Positions 7,927-16,870 of a DNA stretch of 64,000 bases are shown piece after piece. Under the pieces are notes generated by a model, which saw only the letters and a list, made by a program, of their open reading frames with translations, ran no database searches and had not been told where the DNA came from. The position numbers and the translations under genes were made by a program. Within the stretch, counting starts at the first letter, position 1. Each line of letters begins with the position of its first letter. Origin of the DNA: Candidatus Micrarchaeota archaeon (lineage in GTDB: Archaea; Micrarchaeota; Micrarchaeia; Anstonellales; Bilamarchaeaceae). The stretch spans positions 2,558-66,557 of the forward strand of contig WJMK01000014.1 of the NCBI GenBank assembly GCA_014727975.1. Direction: 5' to 3'.

Positions 7927-8892
7927 ATGGGAGAGAGATATTCTGTTGATGTAAAGAAGGTCAGGAAAATCCAGGAATCCATTAATTCCGCGATTTTTGC
8001 AGGGAACAAGAATGCGCTTGTCGGGCATTATGCAGGCACTATCCCCTTCAAGGGGGAAAAGCTTGCAATGCACACCGATGGTGTGGGGACCAAGGTGCTT
8101 GTTGCGGATGAGCTGGAAAAGTACGACACTGTAGGGATTGATGCAATAGCGATGAACGTGAATGACATCATCTGCATCGGGGCAAAGCCGCTTGCAGGGG
8201 TCGATTACCTTGCAGTTGCAAAAGAAGACGAGTACCTCATTGGGCAGGTTATGAAGGGATTGGTTAAGGGTGCAAAAGAATCAGATATTTCTATTGTTGG
8301 GGGGGAAACCGCAATCATGGGAAATGTAATCCACGGAAAGAAAAGGCCTTTTGATTTGGCTTTTACTGCTTTGGGCGTTGTGGAAAAATACATTACCGGC
8401 TCCGCGATACGGAACGGGGATGTGCTTGTTAGTTTGGGGAGTTCTGGCTTGCACTCAAACGGGTATACGCTTGCGCGCAAGGTGCTGCCCATGAAAAAAT
8501 GGGGGAAGAAGATGCTTGCACCCACAAAGATTTACGTGAAGCCGGTGCTGGAAATGATAAGGAAGTCCAAAGTGCACGGGCTCGCGCACATTACTGGTGG
8601 CGCGTTTTCCAAACTAACTAGGCTGAACAAGAAGCTCGGGTTCTTCATTGACAATCCTGTGAGGCCCGCGCCCATTTTCAATGCGCTCTGGGACCATGTG
8701 GAAGATGAAAAGCACATGTACCGGACCTTCAACATGGGCACCGGGATGGTTGTTGCTGTCCCTGCAAAAGAGGAAAGCAGCATACTGCGGATTGCGAAAA
8801 AGCACAAGGTAAAGGCGCAGGTTATCGGAAGCGTGATTAAGGAAAAGGGAGTTTACCTTGGGGACGGGACGCGGCTGGACTACCAGTTGTGA
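7927..8892 (+). CDS. purM: Phosphoribosylformylglycinamidine cyclo-ligase (AIR synthetase)
   Basis: HTDGVGTKVLVA, DAIAMNVNDI and GGETA motifs. 321 aa. Confidence 0.9.
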   Translation: MGERYSVDVKKVRKIQESINSAIFAGNKNALVGHYAGTIPFKGEKLAMHTDGVGTKVLVADELEKYDTVGIDAIAMNVNDIICIGAKPLAGVDYLAVAKEDEYLIGQVMKGLVKGAKESDISIVGGETAIMGNVIHGKKRPFDLAFTALGVVEKYITGSAIRNGDVLVSLGSSGLHSNGYTLARKVLPMKKWGKKMLAPTKIYVKPVLEMIRKSKVHGLAHITGGAFSKLTRLNKKLGFFIDNPVRPAPIFNALWDHVEDEKHMYRTFNMGTGMVVAVPAKEESSILRIAKKHKVKAQVIGSVIKEKGVYLGDGTRLDYQL

Positions 8893-8915
8893 GGCAGTTA
8901 GTGTAAGAATAAGGG

Positions 8916-8922
8916 TTTTAAA
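8916..8922 (+). promoter_or_regulatory. TATA-like box for the 841-aa gene
   Basis: GGTTTTAAACC lies about 30 nt upstream of the ATG at 8949. Confidence 0.4.
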
Positions 8923-8948
8923 CCCCTTCAGGGAATAATATACAGCAT

Positions 8949-11474
8949 ATGGCCAGGGAAACCAAATCCTGTGAAAAAACCAAGCCCAAAAGAAAACAGA
9001 AACGGCACAGGATACGGAATTTTTTCAGGGTGCACAAGACCAGATTGAAGCAGCTGGGCACGGTCGCTGCACTTTCTGCACTTGTAGGAATCGGAAGCAT
9101 CTCTCCCCCAAAAATGCCCATGGAAACCAGCAGGGGCGCAAGGGAGAAAGCAGCGGAGATTTCCAAAACCCCGCTGGGAGAAGAGATGAACAAAGAGCAG
9201 AAAGAATATTTGTGCGAGATACTGACAAGGGCAGAAAGGCGATGGGTTTTGCGTGAGGTCAGTGCAGCCATAGGCCACCAAAAATTTGAGCCGTTCATGC
9301 TTGAGTATTTAGGAATAATTCTGTCTGAACAAAAAGTGGGCCTGCAGAAGAAAAGGGAGAATATCAAGTGGTTTTTGAAAATCCTGGACTATCCTGGGCT
9401 TGAAGCTCAGATGGTTAGGAATGCTATCAAAGACTACGAATCCCGGGCAGGCGATATCGGGTTTTACCTGCATGAGCATATCAACTACTCCATTCTGGGT
9501 GCACACATGGTTCGCAGTGTGAGGGAAGAGATGGGGAATGATTACAAAATAGTGTTGGAAGGAATGAAAAAATCTGCAGAAAATCCGAATTCCACAAAAA
9601 GAGCCGGACTTGGGCCTGTGCAGGTGTCCCGCAATCTGGAAGCGGTGCGCAGCAGGTTCCCTGGAAATGCAGAAGAAATTTATTCATGCCTTGAGGCATA
9701 TTATTCCAACCCGAATTTCTCCAAATTGGGGGTCCCTGATGATTGGGAGACCCTTGTGATTGCAGGGCAGATATCAAAATTCATGCAAAATCTTGAGATG
9801 GATGGGGAGAAAAAGGGCATTATGACAAAGGCTCTTCTGAAAAATCCAAATTTCTCTGTTTTTGACCTGGATAAACCCCTTGCCACTGATTTTGAAAAAT
9901 TGATTGGGCATTTCGGGGAAGGGATATTTGAAGGGCAGATTGGGAAAAAAATGGATAAGTTATTGCAAAGCCCGCTTATTTACCGCTCTATGCTGGACCC
10001 AAAGAATGAATTTTGGGTGGGGAAAATGGGGGGGTGGAGCAGAAGGATAGACCCAAGGTCAATGATTGAAGCAATCCACGCATTTTCCAGCGGAGAATAC
10101 GCCAAGGAGGTATCCGAAAAAGGAGAGACGCATGCAAGAAAAGTCTGGAAAACTTTTCGGTTTCTGGCAAAAAGGATGGGCAGAACAGATATTTATGAGA
10201 TTGGGCTTGTAGGCGCAATAGACCCCATAACTTCGAGAGAACTTTTTGGAGAATTCTGCCAGGGCAGGGGCCCGGGCTGCTTGAAGGCTGCGGATTTGTT
10301 GGTATATGTCAGGGAACAAACGGGAGTTCTTTCTGAAAACGGGCAGGCACTGGGTTTCATTGAAGAGGTTCTGGAAAAAAGGCAAGAGGAATATGCCCCA
10401 TACTCTGCGCTGAGTGCCTTGCTGCACGGGGACTTTGACAGATTTGAATATCCAGGAGGGCTCGATGCACTCTACAATGAAGGAAAAAAACTCGCAGTTG
10501 AAGTTGGGGCCAATGGGGGAATTCCCACTTACCTGAATTTTGCTTATGCAATAGCAGAAGTGGGACCGGAAATGGCCAAAAGATTGCACCAGGAATTTGG
10601 ACTAGTGTATTTCACCAGGTATTCCTACAGGAGGTACAAACGCCTGGGCGAATATGGGCCTTCATTGCTGAAGCTGTTTGCACAGAATATCGGAAACACT
10701 AATGATGTGCGCCCAATATTCCTGATGGCAACGGGTAAAGCAGACTGGAATGGGGCATTTGAAAAGATAAAGCATAGCAATGAGAACTTTGAGGAATGCT
10801 TCCGCATCATGCTGGTTGAATCAGGCAGGGATTCCGAGCTTATTGAAAAAATCTCCCATGTTGGTTCAAAATACGGAAAAATAAAGTTGATGTTTCTTTC
10901 AGGGCATGGGAATGCGAGGGGGGTAAGGCTTGGGGAAGGCTTCGGGATGCGCAACAATCTTGACATAAGGGACAAAAATAGGATGGGGGAACTGCAGCGC
11001 TATTTTGCAGCAAGGCCCCAGATAATGCTCAATAGCTGTTCAACCGGAGGATGGAATAAAGGAGGAATCGGGCATGCAATTGCAAATGCAGTAAAGGGAG
11101 CAGAAGTGTTTGCCCCAAAACAAATTTTTGACGACTACGTGCTAGAGTTCGACCTTGCCTCAAAAAGAATAATCAGGGTAGATTATATCCGTAGGGACAG
11201 GAAAGTCGCTACCAACATATTCAGGGAAAGGCCCCCTGTCCCAGAGCATGCAAAGGAGCTGCCAAAAAAGTGGATAAGAAGGTCATTTGATGAATTCGTA
11301 AGGGAGAGGGGCAGGCCCAATTCAGAAATTGAAAGGGTTTTCGGAGGAGTTTTGCTGGGAACAGTGCAAAGAAAAGAAGATTTGGAAGCGCAGAGGCAGG
11401 CAGCAGAATATATGTACTTGGAAGAACAGAAGAAAAGGGCGTTTGTCGTAATAGCTGCAACAAGCTTCATGTAA
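8949..11474 (+). CDS. 841-aa N-terminally anchored orphan protein with a C-terminal clan-CD-like (caspase/CPD/CHAT-type) His-Cys module
   Basis: A Lys/Arg-rich N-terminus is followed by a hydrophobic anchor, LGTVAALSALVGIGSI. In the C-terminal region (nt 10710-11183) strand-helix units end in KLMFLSGHG (His653, CAT 10905-10907) and PQIMLNSCSTG (Cys697, TGT 11037-11039), 44 residues apart. Confidence 0.45.
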   Translation: MARETKSCEKTKPKRKQKRHRIRNFFRVHKTRLKQLGTVAALSALVGIGSISPPKMPMETSRGAREKAAEISKTPLGEEMNKEQKEYLCEILTRAERRWVLREVSAAIGHQKFEPFMLEYLGIILSEQKVGLQKKRENIKWFLKILDYPGLEAQMVRNAIKDYESRAGDIGFYLHEHINYSILGAHMVRSVREEMGNDYKIVLEGMKKSAENPNSTKRAGLGPVQVSRNLEAVRSRFPGNAEEIYSCLEAYYSNPNFSKLGVPDDWETLVIAGQISKFMQNLEMDGEKKGIMTKALLKNPNFSVFDLDKPLATDFEKLIGHFGEGIFEGQIGKKMDKLLQSPLIYRSMLDPKNEFWVGKMGGWSRRIDPRSMIEAIHAFSSGEYAKEVSEKGETHARKVWKTFRFLAKRMGRTDIYEIGLVGAIDPITSRELFGEFCQGRGPGCLKAADLLVYVREQTGVLSENGQALGFIEEVLEKRQEEYAPYSALSALLHGDFDRFEYPGGLDALYNEGKKLAVEVGANGGIPTYLNFAYAIAEVGPEMAKRLHQEFGLVYFTRYSYRRYKRLGEYGPSLLKLFAQNIGNTNDVRPIFLMATGKADWNGAFEKIKHSNENFEECFRIMLVESGRDSELIEKISHVGSKYGKIKLMFLSGHGNARGVRLGEGFGMRNNLDIRDKNRMGELQRYFAARPQIMLNSCSTGGWNKGGIGHAIANAVKGAEVFAPKQIFDDYVLEFDLASKRIIRVDYIRRDRKVATNIFRERPPVPEHAKELPKKWIRRSFDEFVRERGRPNSEIERVFGGVLLGTVQRKEDLEAQRQAAEYMYLEEQKKRAFVVIAATSFM

Positions 11475-11522
11475 ATGCCCGGGTCCTGAAGCATTTAAAA
11501 ACTCTCACGGGGCAAAAAAACT

Positions 11523-12806
11523 ATGGGCAAGCCCAATATTTTCCCTGCAGTTATTGTTGCGGCAGTGCTTCTTGCACTGGGAATCAGCTATTTTGGCGCG
11601 GATTCGTGCAGCAGGTGCGATGACGGAAACCCCTGCACCGCAGACCTCTGCAGCATAGACACCCAATACAGGTGCATGCATACGGCGCTGGACGGGGAAT
11701 ACGGGGGCTGTAGTGGGGAAACGGATGAATGCCATGCAAAAACCTGCAGCAGCGGGGCATGCGTGGAGGAGCAGGTGAGTGCCTGCAGCTATTCGCTGGA
11801 ATGCAATGCGCCGGCCCTGCTGAACCCTCCTTATGAACACTACAAGACCGCGCTTGGGGAGCCCACCTTGCAGTGCACGGTTTCGAACCTGGATGGTGTT
11901 GCAGGAAAGGTTGAGCTGAGCGCGGCGGTTGAGGGGTATTCCGGGGTTTTCGAAAAAACTATTGAGCTGGGGCCAAACGAAACAAAGGAAATAGGTGTTG
12001 CGCTCAATTTCAATGAGAAATTCTATTCGCTGGAGGAAAGCACATTCTCAACCCTAAAAACAAGGCTCTCCCGCTCCAATTATACGCTGCAGAGCAACTC
12101 GGAAACCATACAGATGGAAAAGGCAACAATCTATGCGCCTCCTCGCGGGGAAGAGGAACTGCTTGCGGTATGGGTAACCTACAACGACCCCTGCATAGAA
12201 GAGATTATTTCAGAGGCAAAAAAGCTCACCCCGGATGGGGAATTCCGCGCCTACCAGAGGGAGGAAGATGACAGGATGGAAGAAATGGAAGCTGTGTTCT
12301 ATGCGCTGCGCTACCAGAACATCACCTATGTTTCAAGCAGCTTTTCCACAACCGACATAGGAACTACATTCTACAACCAGAACGTAAGGCTTCCTTACCA
12401 GTCCCTCAAATACAAGCAGATGAACTGCGTAGACGGGGCAGTGCTCTATTCCGCAATACTGGAAAAGCTGGAATACGAAACCGCGGTTGCGTTCTCCCCT
12501 GGGCATGCATTCGTGCTTGTGAAAAGCAGGGATAGTGGCTGGGGACTGGGTTTTTTCGGAAGCATGTTTTCCGGGTGGGATAGCGAATGGATTGCCATTG
12601 AAACAACCGACACCGGGGACCCTGAAGCAACATTTGAGGACGCTGTGCGGGCAGGCCAGAGGAACCTGGACCAGGCAACACAGATTGTGGATGTGCATTC
12701 TGCAATAGAAGAGGGGATTGTGCCCCTGCCAGTGGGAGGGCACCAGTGCGGGATAGCTGACCTGAGCCAGAAAGCGGAAGAGCACCAGGCCCTGATGGGC
12801 AACTGA
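11523..12806 (+). CDS. Membrane-anchored/secreted Cys-rich protein with a transglutaminase-like cysteine protease core
   Basis: N-terminal hydrophobic segment, then a 12-Cys module (CSRCDDGNPCTADLC...CHAKTCSSGAC). The C-terminal part has QMNCVDGAVLYSAIL (Cys302), SPGHAFVLV (His328) and WIAIETTD (Asp363), in the Cys-His-Asp order of the transglutaminase-like superfamily. Confidence 0.5.
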   Translation: MGKPNIFPAVIVAAVLLALGISYFGADSCSRCDDGNPCTADLCSIDTQYRCMHTALDGEYGGCSGETDECHAKTCSSGACVEEQVSACSYSLECNAPALLNPPYEHYKTALGEPTLQCTVSNLDGVAGKVELSAAVEGYSGVFEKTIELGPNETKEIGVALNFNEKFYSLEESTFSTLKTRLSRSNYTLQSNSETIQMEKATIYAPPRGEEELLAVWVTYNDPCIEEIISEAKKLTPDGEFRAYQREEDDRMEEMEAVFYALRYQNITYVSSSFSTTDIGTTFYNQNVRLPYQSLKYKQMNCVDGAVLYSAILEKLEYETAVAFSPGHAFVLVKSRDSGWGLGFFGSMFSGWDSEWIAIETTDTGDPEATFEDAVRAGQRNLDQATQIVDVHSAIEEGIVPLPVGGHQCGIADLSQKAEEHQALMGN

Positions 12807-12848
12807 GCTTATCAAAAACTATTTATACCTCATTATTGATTTGTGTGC

Positions 12849-13772
12849 ATGAGCCGCCGTGTGGACCAGACTGTAAAGGACATAAAGTCGCTTAAGGTGC
12901 AGGGTGCGCGCAATGTTGCAAAGGCAGGGGTGCGCGCAATAATGTATGCGGTTGAGGACTCCAGGGCAAAAACCGTGAACGGTGTAAAGGCAGACGTTGT
13001 GAAAGCATCTCTGAAGCTTTCCGGGGCAAGGCCTACCGAGCCCATGCTGAGGAACTACCTGGATGAAACAATAGAATTTATGGCTTCCGAGATTGCAGCA
13101 GTGAAAACACGGAGCGTGGAAAAATTCAAGGAAGCCGTAATCAAGAGCGAAAATGAATACCTGAAAAGGATGCGGGATGACCTTGCACGGCTGAAGGAAT
13201 ACGGGGCAGCAATGCTGACAGACGGGATGCTGGTTGTTACGCACTGCCACTCAAGCACAGTTACGGGAGTGATAAAAGAAGCGCATAAGCAGGGGAGGGA
13301 GCTGAAAGTTGTTGCATGCGAGACCCGCCCGAGATACCAGGGCAGGAGTACTGCCAAGGAGCTTGCGCGCGCAGGGCTGGATGTGACCATTACTGTGGAC
13401 ATGGGAATTGCAAAATTCATGAAAAAGGCGGATATTGTGCTGGTGGGGGCAGACGCAATCAATTCGACCGGAGACCTGATCAACAAGGTAGGGACACGGG
13501 CGCTTGCCCACCTTGCAAAGGACTATTCTGTTTCATTTTTCTCATGTGCTGAAAGCTACAAGTATGACTCCCTTACCTTATATGGGGTTAAAGAAAAAAT
13601 CGAGGAGCGCAGCCCGAAAGAGGTTTGGGAGAGGGCACCCCGGAAAGTAAAGGTCTCCAACCCTGCATTTGATGTTACTGCATCGAGGTACATAAGCGGG
13701 TACATTACAGAAAAGGGGGTAGTGCCGCCCTCTGCACTTTCAGGAATTGCAAAAAAGAAGATGGGTGAATAA
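12849..13772 (+). CDS. Ribose-1,5-bisphosphate isomerase (eIF-2B alpha/beta/delta-like family)
   Basis: IF-2B family pattern (VVTHCHSSTV, ETRPRYQGR, IVLVGADAINSTGDLINKVGT). It lies immediately upstream of AMP phosphorylase, with the stop at 13772 and the next ATG at 13774. Confidence 0.75.
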   Translation: MSRRVDQTVKDIKSLKVQGARNVAKAGVRAIMYAVEDSRAKTVNGVKADVVKASLKLSGARPTEPMLRNYLDETIEFMASEIAAVKTRSVEKFKEAVIKSENEYLKRMRDDLARLKEYGAAMLTDGMLVVTHCHSSTVTGVIKEAHKQGRELKVVACETRPRYQGRSTAKELARAGLDVTITVDMGIAKFMKKADIVLVGADAINSTGDLINKVGTRALAHLAKDYSVSFFSCAESYKYDSLTLYGVKEKIEERSPKEVWERAPRKVKVSNPAFDVTASRYISGYITEKGVVPPSALSGIAKKKMGE

Positions 13773-13773
13773 G

Positions 13774-15393
13774 ATGAAGCCGGTTAGCGTTAATGAAAAA
13801 ACAAAAAACAATGCACAGGGAAGGGTGCTCAGCCAGGAGGAGAAAGAAAAACGGGAGAAGAAAAAGGAGCTCTGGGAGAAAAAGAAATATATCTGCCAGG
13901 TAAAGCTAATTGACATCTGCACCGAAAAAAATATAGTCGTGCTCAATATGGAGGATGCAGAAGACAACGATATCTACAATGGGTACAGGGTAACCCTCCA
14001 TCACGATTCCAAGGAGATTGTTTCCTTGGTGGACCTGAGCAGCGAGATGGTGAAAAGGGGGGAAATCGGGCTTTTCAGGAATGTTGCGGAGAAGCTGAAA
14101 CTAAAGGACGGGGACCTTCTGCATATAAAGCACATGGAAAGGCCTGCAAGCCTGGATTTCATAAGAATGAAGCTGGATGGGGAAAGCCTTACAAGCAAGC
14201 AGATATCCAGCATCATAAACGAGCTTATGAACAACAGGCTTTCAGAAGCTGAGCTTTCATCGTTTATTTCTGCAGTCTACATAAGGGGAATGGGGGAAGA
14301 TGAGACGGTTGCGCTCACAAACGCAATTGTGGATTCCGGGGACAATCTGGACCTGGGGGTTGGCCCTGTTGCGGACAAGCATTGCATCGGGGGGGTCGCA
14401 GGGAACCGCACCACCATGGTTATCACTCCCATAATCGCTGCTTCCGGAATCTACATGCCAAAAACATCATCCCGGGCGATTACATCTGCTGCAGGAACTG
14501 CGGACACTATGGAAGTGCTTGCAGATGTGGATTTCAACATCCATGAGCTCAAGGAGATCGTTACAAAATGCAAGGGGGCCATGGTGTGGGGTGGAGGGAC
14601 AAACATTGCAGCTGCGGACGACAAGCTCATCAAGCTCAGGAACCCGATGAGCCTGGACCCAAGGGGGATGCTGCTTGCATCAATACTTGCAAAAAAGAGT
14701 GCAGTGGGTGCCAAATATGTTGCAATAGACATCCCGATTGGGAGGGGCGCAAAAATACTGGATATGCCAAAGGCTGAAGCACTGGGTGCAGACTTCATCA
14801 AGATTGGGAAAAGGCTCGGGATGACTATGGAGAGCCTTATAACAGACGGGGCAGAGCCTGTGGGAAATGGCATTGGATGCGCACTTGAATGCAAGGATGT
14901 TATGGAAGTGCTGCAGGGGAAGGGACCACACGACCTAAGGAACAAAAGCACGCTTATTGCAGGAAGGATACTCGAGCTAGTGGGCAAGGTCCCTGAAGGG
15001 CAGGGGAGGGACATGGCAGAGCTGATGCTTACAAACGGTAAAGCATGGAACAAAATGAAGGAGATTATTGAGCTGCAGGGAGGAAACCCGAACATAAAGG
15101 AAGGCGACCTGCCTATTGGGCAGCACAAGCATACGATAACTGCAGAAAGGGCAGGAAAAATCAGCCATATAGACAACAAAGGGATCAACAAAATTGCAAG
15201 GTCTGCAGGCGCCCCCAGGGACAAGGGCGCAGGAGTTTACCTGCACCGGCTAAAGGGAGACCGTGTAAAGGAAGGAGATGTGCTTTTTGATATTTATGCG
15301 GAAAGCGAATCAAAGCTGGATTTTGCGATAAAGGCGGTTGAGGTCTGGAAGCCTGTTGAGCTGGAGAAATTCCTCCTTGGCACGATGAGGTAA
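13774..15393 (+). CDS. deoA: AMP phosphorylase (thymidine phosphorylase family)
   Basis: DKHCIGGVAGNRTTMVITPIIAASG, GTADTMEVLA and other TP-family blocks. The N-terminal AMPpase-type domain (KLIDICTEKNIVVLNMEDAEDN) is preceded by a K/E-rich extension. Confidence 0.85.
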   Translation: MKPVSVNEKTKNNAQGRVLSQEEKEKREKKKELWEKKKYICQVKLIDICTEKNIVVLNMEDAEDNDIYNGYRVTLHHDSKEIVSLVDLSSEMVKRGEIGLFRNVAEKLKLKDGDLLHIKHMERPASLDFIRMKLDGESLTSKQISSIINELMNNRLSEAELSSFISAVYIRGMGEDETVALTNAIVDSGDNLDLGVGPVADKHCIGGVAGNRTTMVITPIIAASGIYMPKTSSRAITSAAGTADTMEVLADVDFNIHELKEIVTKCKGAMVWGGGTNIAAADDKLIKLRNPMSLDPRGMLLASILAKKSAVGAKYVAIDIPIGRGAKILDMPKAEALGADFIKIGKRLGMTMESLITDGAEPVGNGIGCALECKDVMEVLQGKGPHDLRNKSTLIAGRILELVGKVPEGQGRDMAELMLTNGKAWNKMKEIIELQGGNPNIKEGDLPIGQHKHTITAERAGKISHIDNKGINKIARSAGAPRDKGAGVYLHRLKGDRVKEGDVLFDIYAESESKLDFAIKAVEVWKPVELEKFLLGTMR

Positions 15394-15435
15394 CCCTTTT
15401 AAATTGTTTTTTGCTTTTATTCTCTCCACAATTAA

Positions 15436-15531
15436 CCCTCCATAGCTCAGTGGTAGAGCGGTCGGCTGTAGCTTGTTGTCTGCTTAATAGCAGAAACCGA
15501 CAGGTCGTGTGTTCAAATCACACTGGAGGGA
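15436..15531 (+). tRNA. tRNA-Tyr(GUA): tRNA-Tyr (anticodon GTA) with a 24-nt intron at 37/38 (15472-15495)
   Basis: Hand-folded cloverleaf: acceptor CCCTCCA/TGGAGGG (C1:G72, the archaeal Tyr identity), anticodon stem GTCGG/CCGAC, loop CTGTAG..A, T-arm GTGTG-TTCAAAT-CACAC. No encoded CCA. 72 nt after intron removal. Confidence 0.85.
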
Positions 15532-15599
15532 ATTAATTCTCAGGTGGCTGCCGAAACAAAAAAATTAGCTTTTTAAATCATAGACCCCATAAAAAGGGC

Positions 15600-16700
15600 A
15601 TGAAGAAAATCCTTTTATTGTTATTGCTGCTAAGCAGCGCCTTTGCAATAGAAGTAATAGAATATTACGGGGTGGGGTGCCCGCACTGCACAAGGACAGC
15701 GGAGTTGCTGGAGGGAATACAGGATGAATACAACCTTACTTTTGTAAAGAAAGAAGTTTACCAGAATGCAGACAACCGGGCAGAGATGTTTGAAGTTTAT
15801 GAAGATTTCGGGGAAGACCCTGCAAACGGGGGTGTCCCCACCATGCTGGTTGAAGGAAAGGCAATGATAATAGGGGAGCTTACAGAAGAGCAGTGGAGGA
15901 ACCTTTTGGAGGACTGCATGGAGGATGAATGCCCGGAAGGCGTTTTCACAATGAAAACAATTGACTCTGCACATGTGCCTTCTGTAAGCGAGATAAGGGA
16001 AGAGGACGAATACCAGGCACTTACTTTATGGGGACTGGTTGCTGCGGCAATAGTGGATTCAGTAAACCCCTGCACAATCGCAGTAATGGTTATGCTGATG
16101 GGCATAGTCCTGATGTCAGACGGAAGGAAGAAGATGCTTCTTTCCGGGATTGTGTTTACAATAGTTATATTTTGCGCATATGTGCTGATGGGGCTGGGAA
16201 TACTGCACGTGATAGACAATCCTGAGGTAACCAACCTATTTTATGGGGCCGCCACCCTTGGGCTGTTTATCCTTGCGGCAATGGAGCTGAACGGGTACTT
16301 CAATTATAAGCCCGGTTTCTTTGCAGTGGAGATGCCCATGTGGCTGAGGCCGCATGCAAAAAGGGTAATCGAGGGTGCAACATCCCTTCCAGGGGTTGCG
16401 CTTGCTGCGCTTTTCTGTTCCCTGTTCCTGCTTCCTTGCTCTTCAGGCCCCTACCTGGCAGTGCTTGCAATAATCTCCAAGGCAGTTACGCTGCAGGCGA
16501 TGACTTACCTCCTGCTGTATAACCTGATATTTGTTCTCCCCATGCTGATAATTGTTACAGCAATATATTTCGGTTATACCACAATAGAGAAAATAGGCGA
16601 GGCAAAAGAGAAATACATAAGGCAGATACACCTGGTTTCCGGGATTGTGCTGTTCCTGCTGTTCATTTACATGGCCTCAACATTCATGGGGGTATTCTGA
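15600..16700 (+). CDS. Thioredoxin-fold (CPHC) domain fused to a CcdA/DsbD-type transmembrane electron-transfer domain
   Basis: Signal-like N-terminus, YGVGCPHCTRTAELL thioredoxin/glutaredoxin motif, then a polytopic domain with DSVNPCTIAVMVML and FLLPCSSGPYL (the two conserved CcdA Cys). Confidence 0.7.
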   Translation: MKKILLLLLLLSSAFAIEVIEYYGVGCPHCTRTAELLEGIQDEYNLTFVKKEVYQNADNRAEMFEVYEDFGEDPANGGVPTMLVEGKAMIIGELTEEQWRNLLEDCMEDECPEGVFTMKTIDSAHVPSVSEIREEDEYQALTLWGLVAAAIVDSVNPCTIAVMVMLMGIVLMSDGRKKMLLSGIVFTIVIFCAYVLMGLGILHVIDNPEVTNLFYGAATLGLFILAAMELNGYFNYKPGFFAVEMPMWLRPHAKRVIEGATSLPGVALAALFCSLFLLPCSSGPYLAVLAIISKAVTLQAMTYLLLYNLIFVLPMLIIVTAIYFGYTTIEKIGEAKEKYIRQIHLVSGIVLFLLFIYMASTFMGVF

Positions 16701-16751
16701 ACGGCGGCACCTTTATTAAGATTACTTAAAATAAATAGAATTCACCCCTTT

Positions 16752-16823
16752 GCCCTGGTAGTGTAGTGGTTATCATCCCGGCCTGTCGAGCCGGAGACCC
16801 GGGTTCAATTCCCGGCCAGGGCG
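16752..16823 (+). tRNA. tRNA-Asp(GUC): tRNA-Asp (anticodon GTC)
   Basis: 72 nt. Acceptor GCCCTGG/CCAGGGC, anticodon arm CCGGC-CTGTCGA-GCCGG with GTC at positions 34-36, T-arm CCGGG-TTCAATT-CCCGG. Confidence 0.9.
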
Positions 16824-16870
16824 CACTTTTTCTCCAAATTATTTAAATAGCTGCATGCAAATATTCCAGC

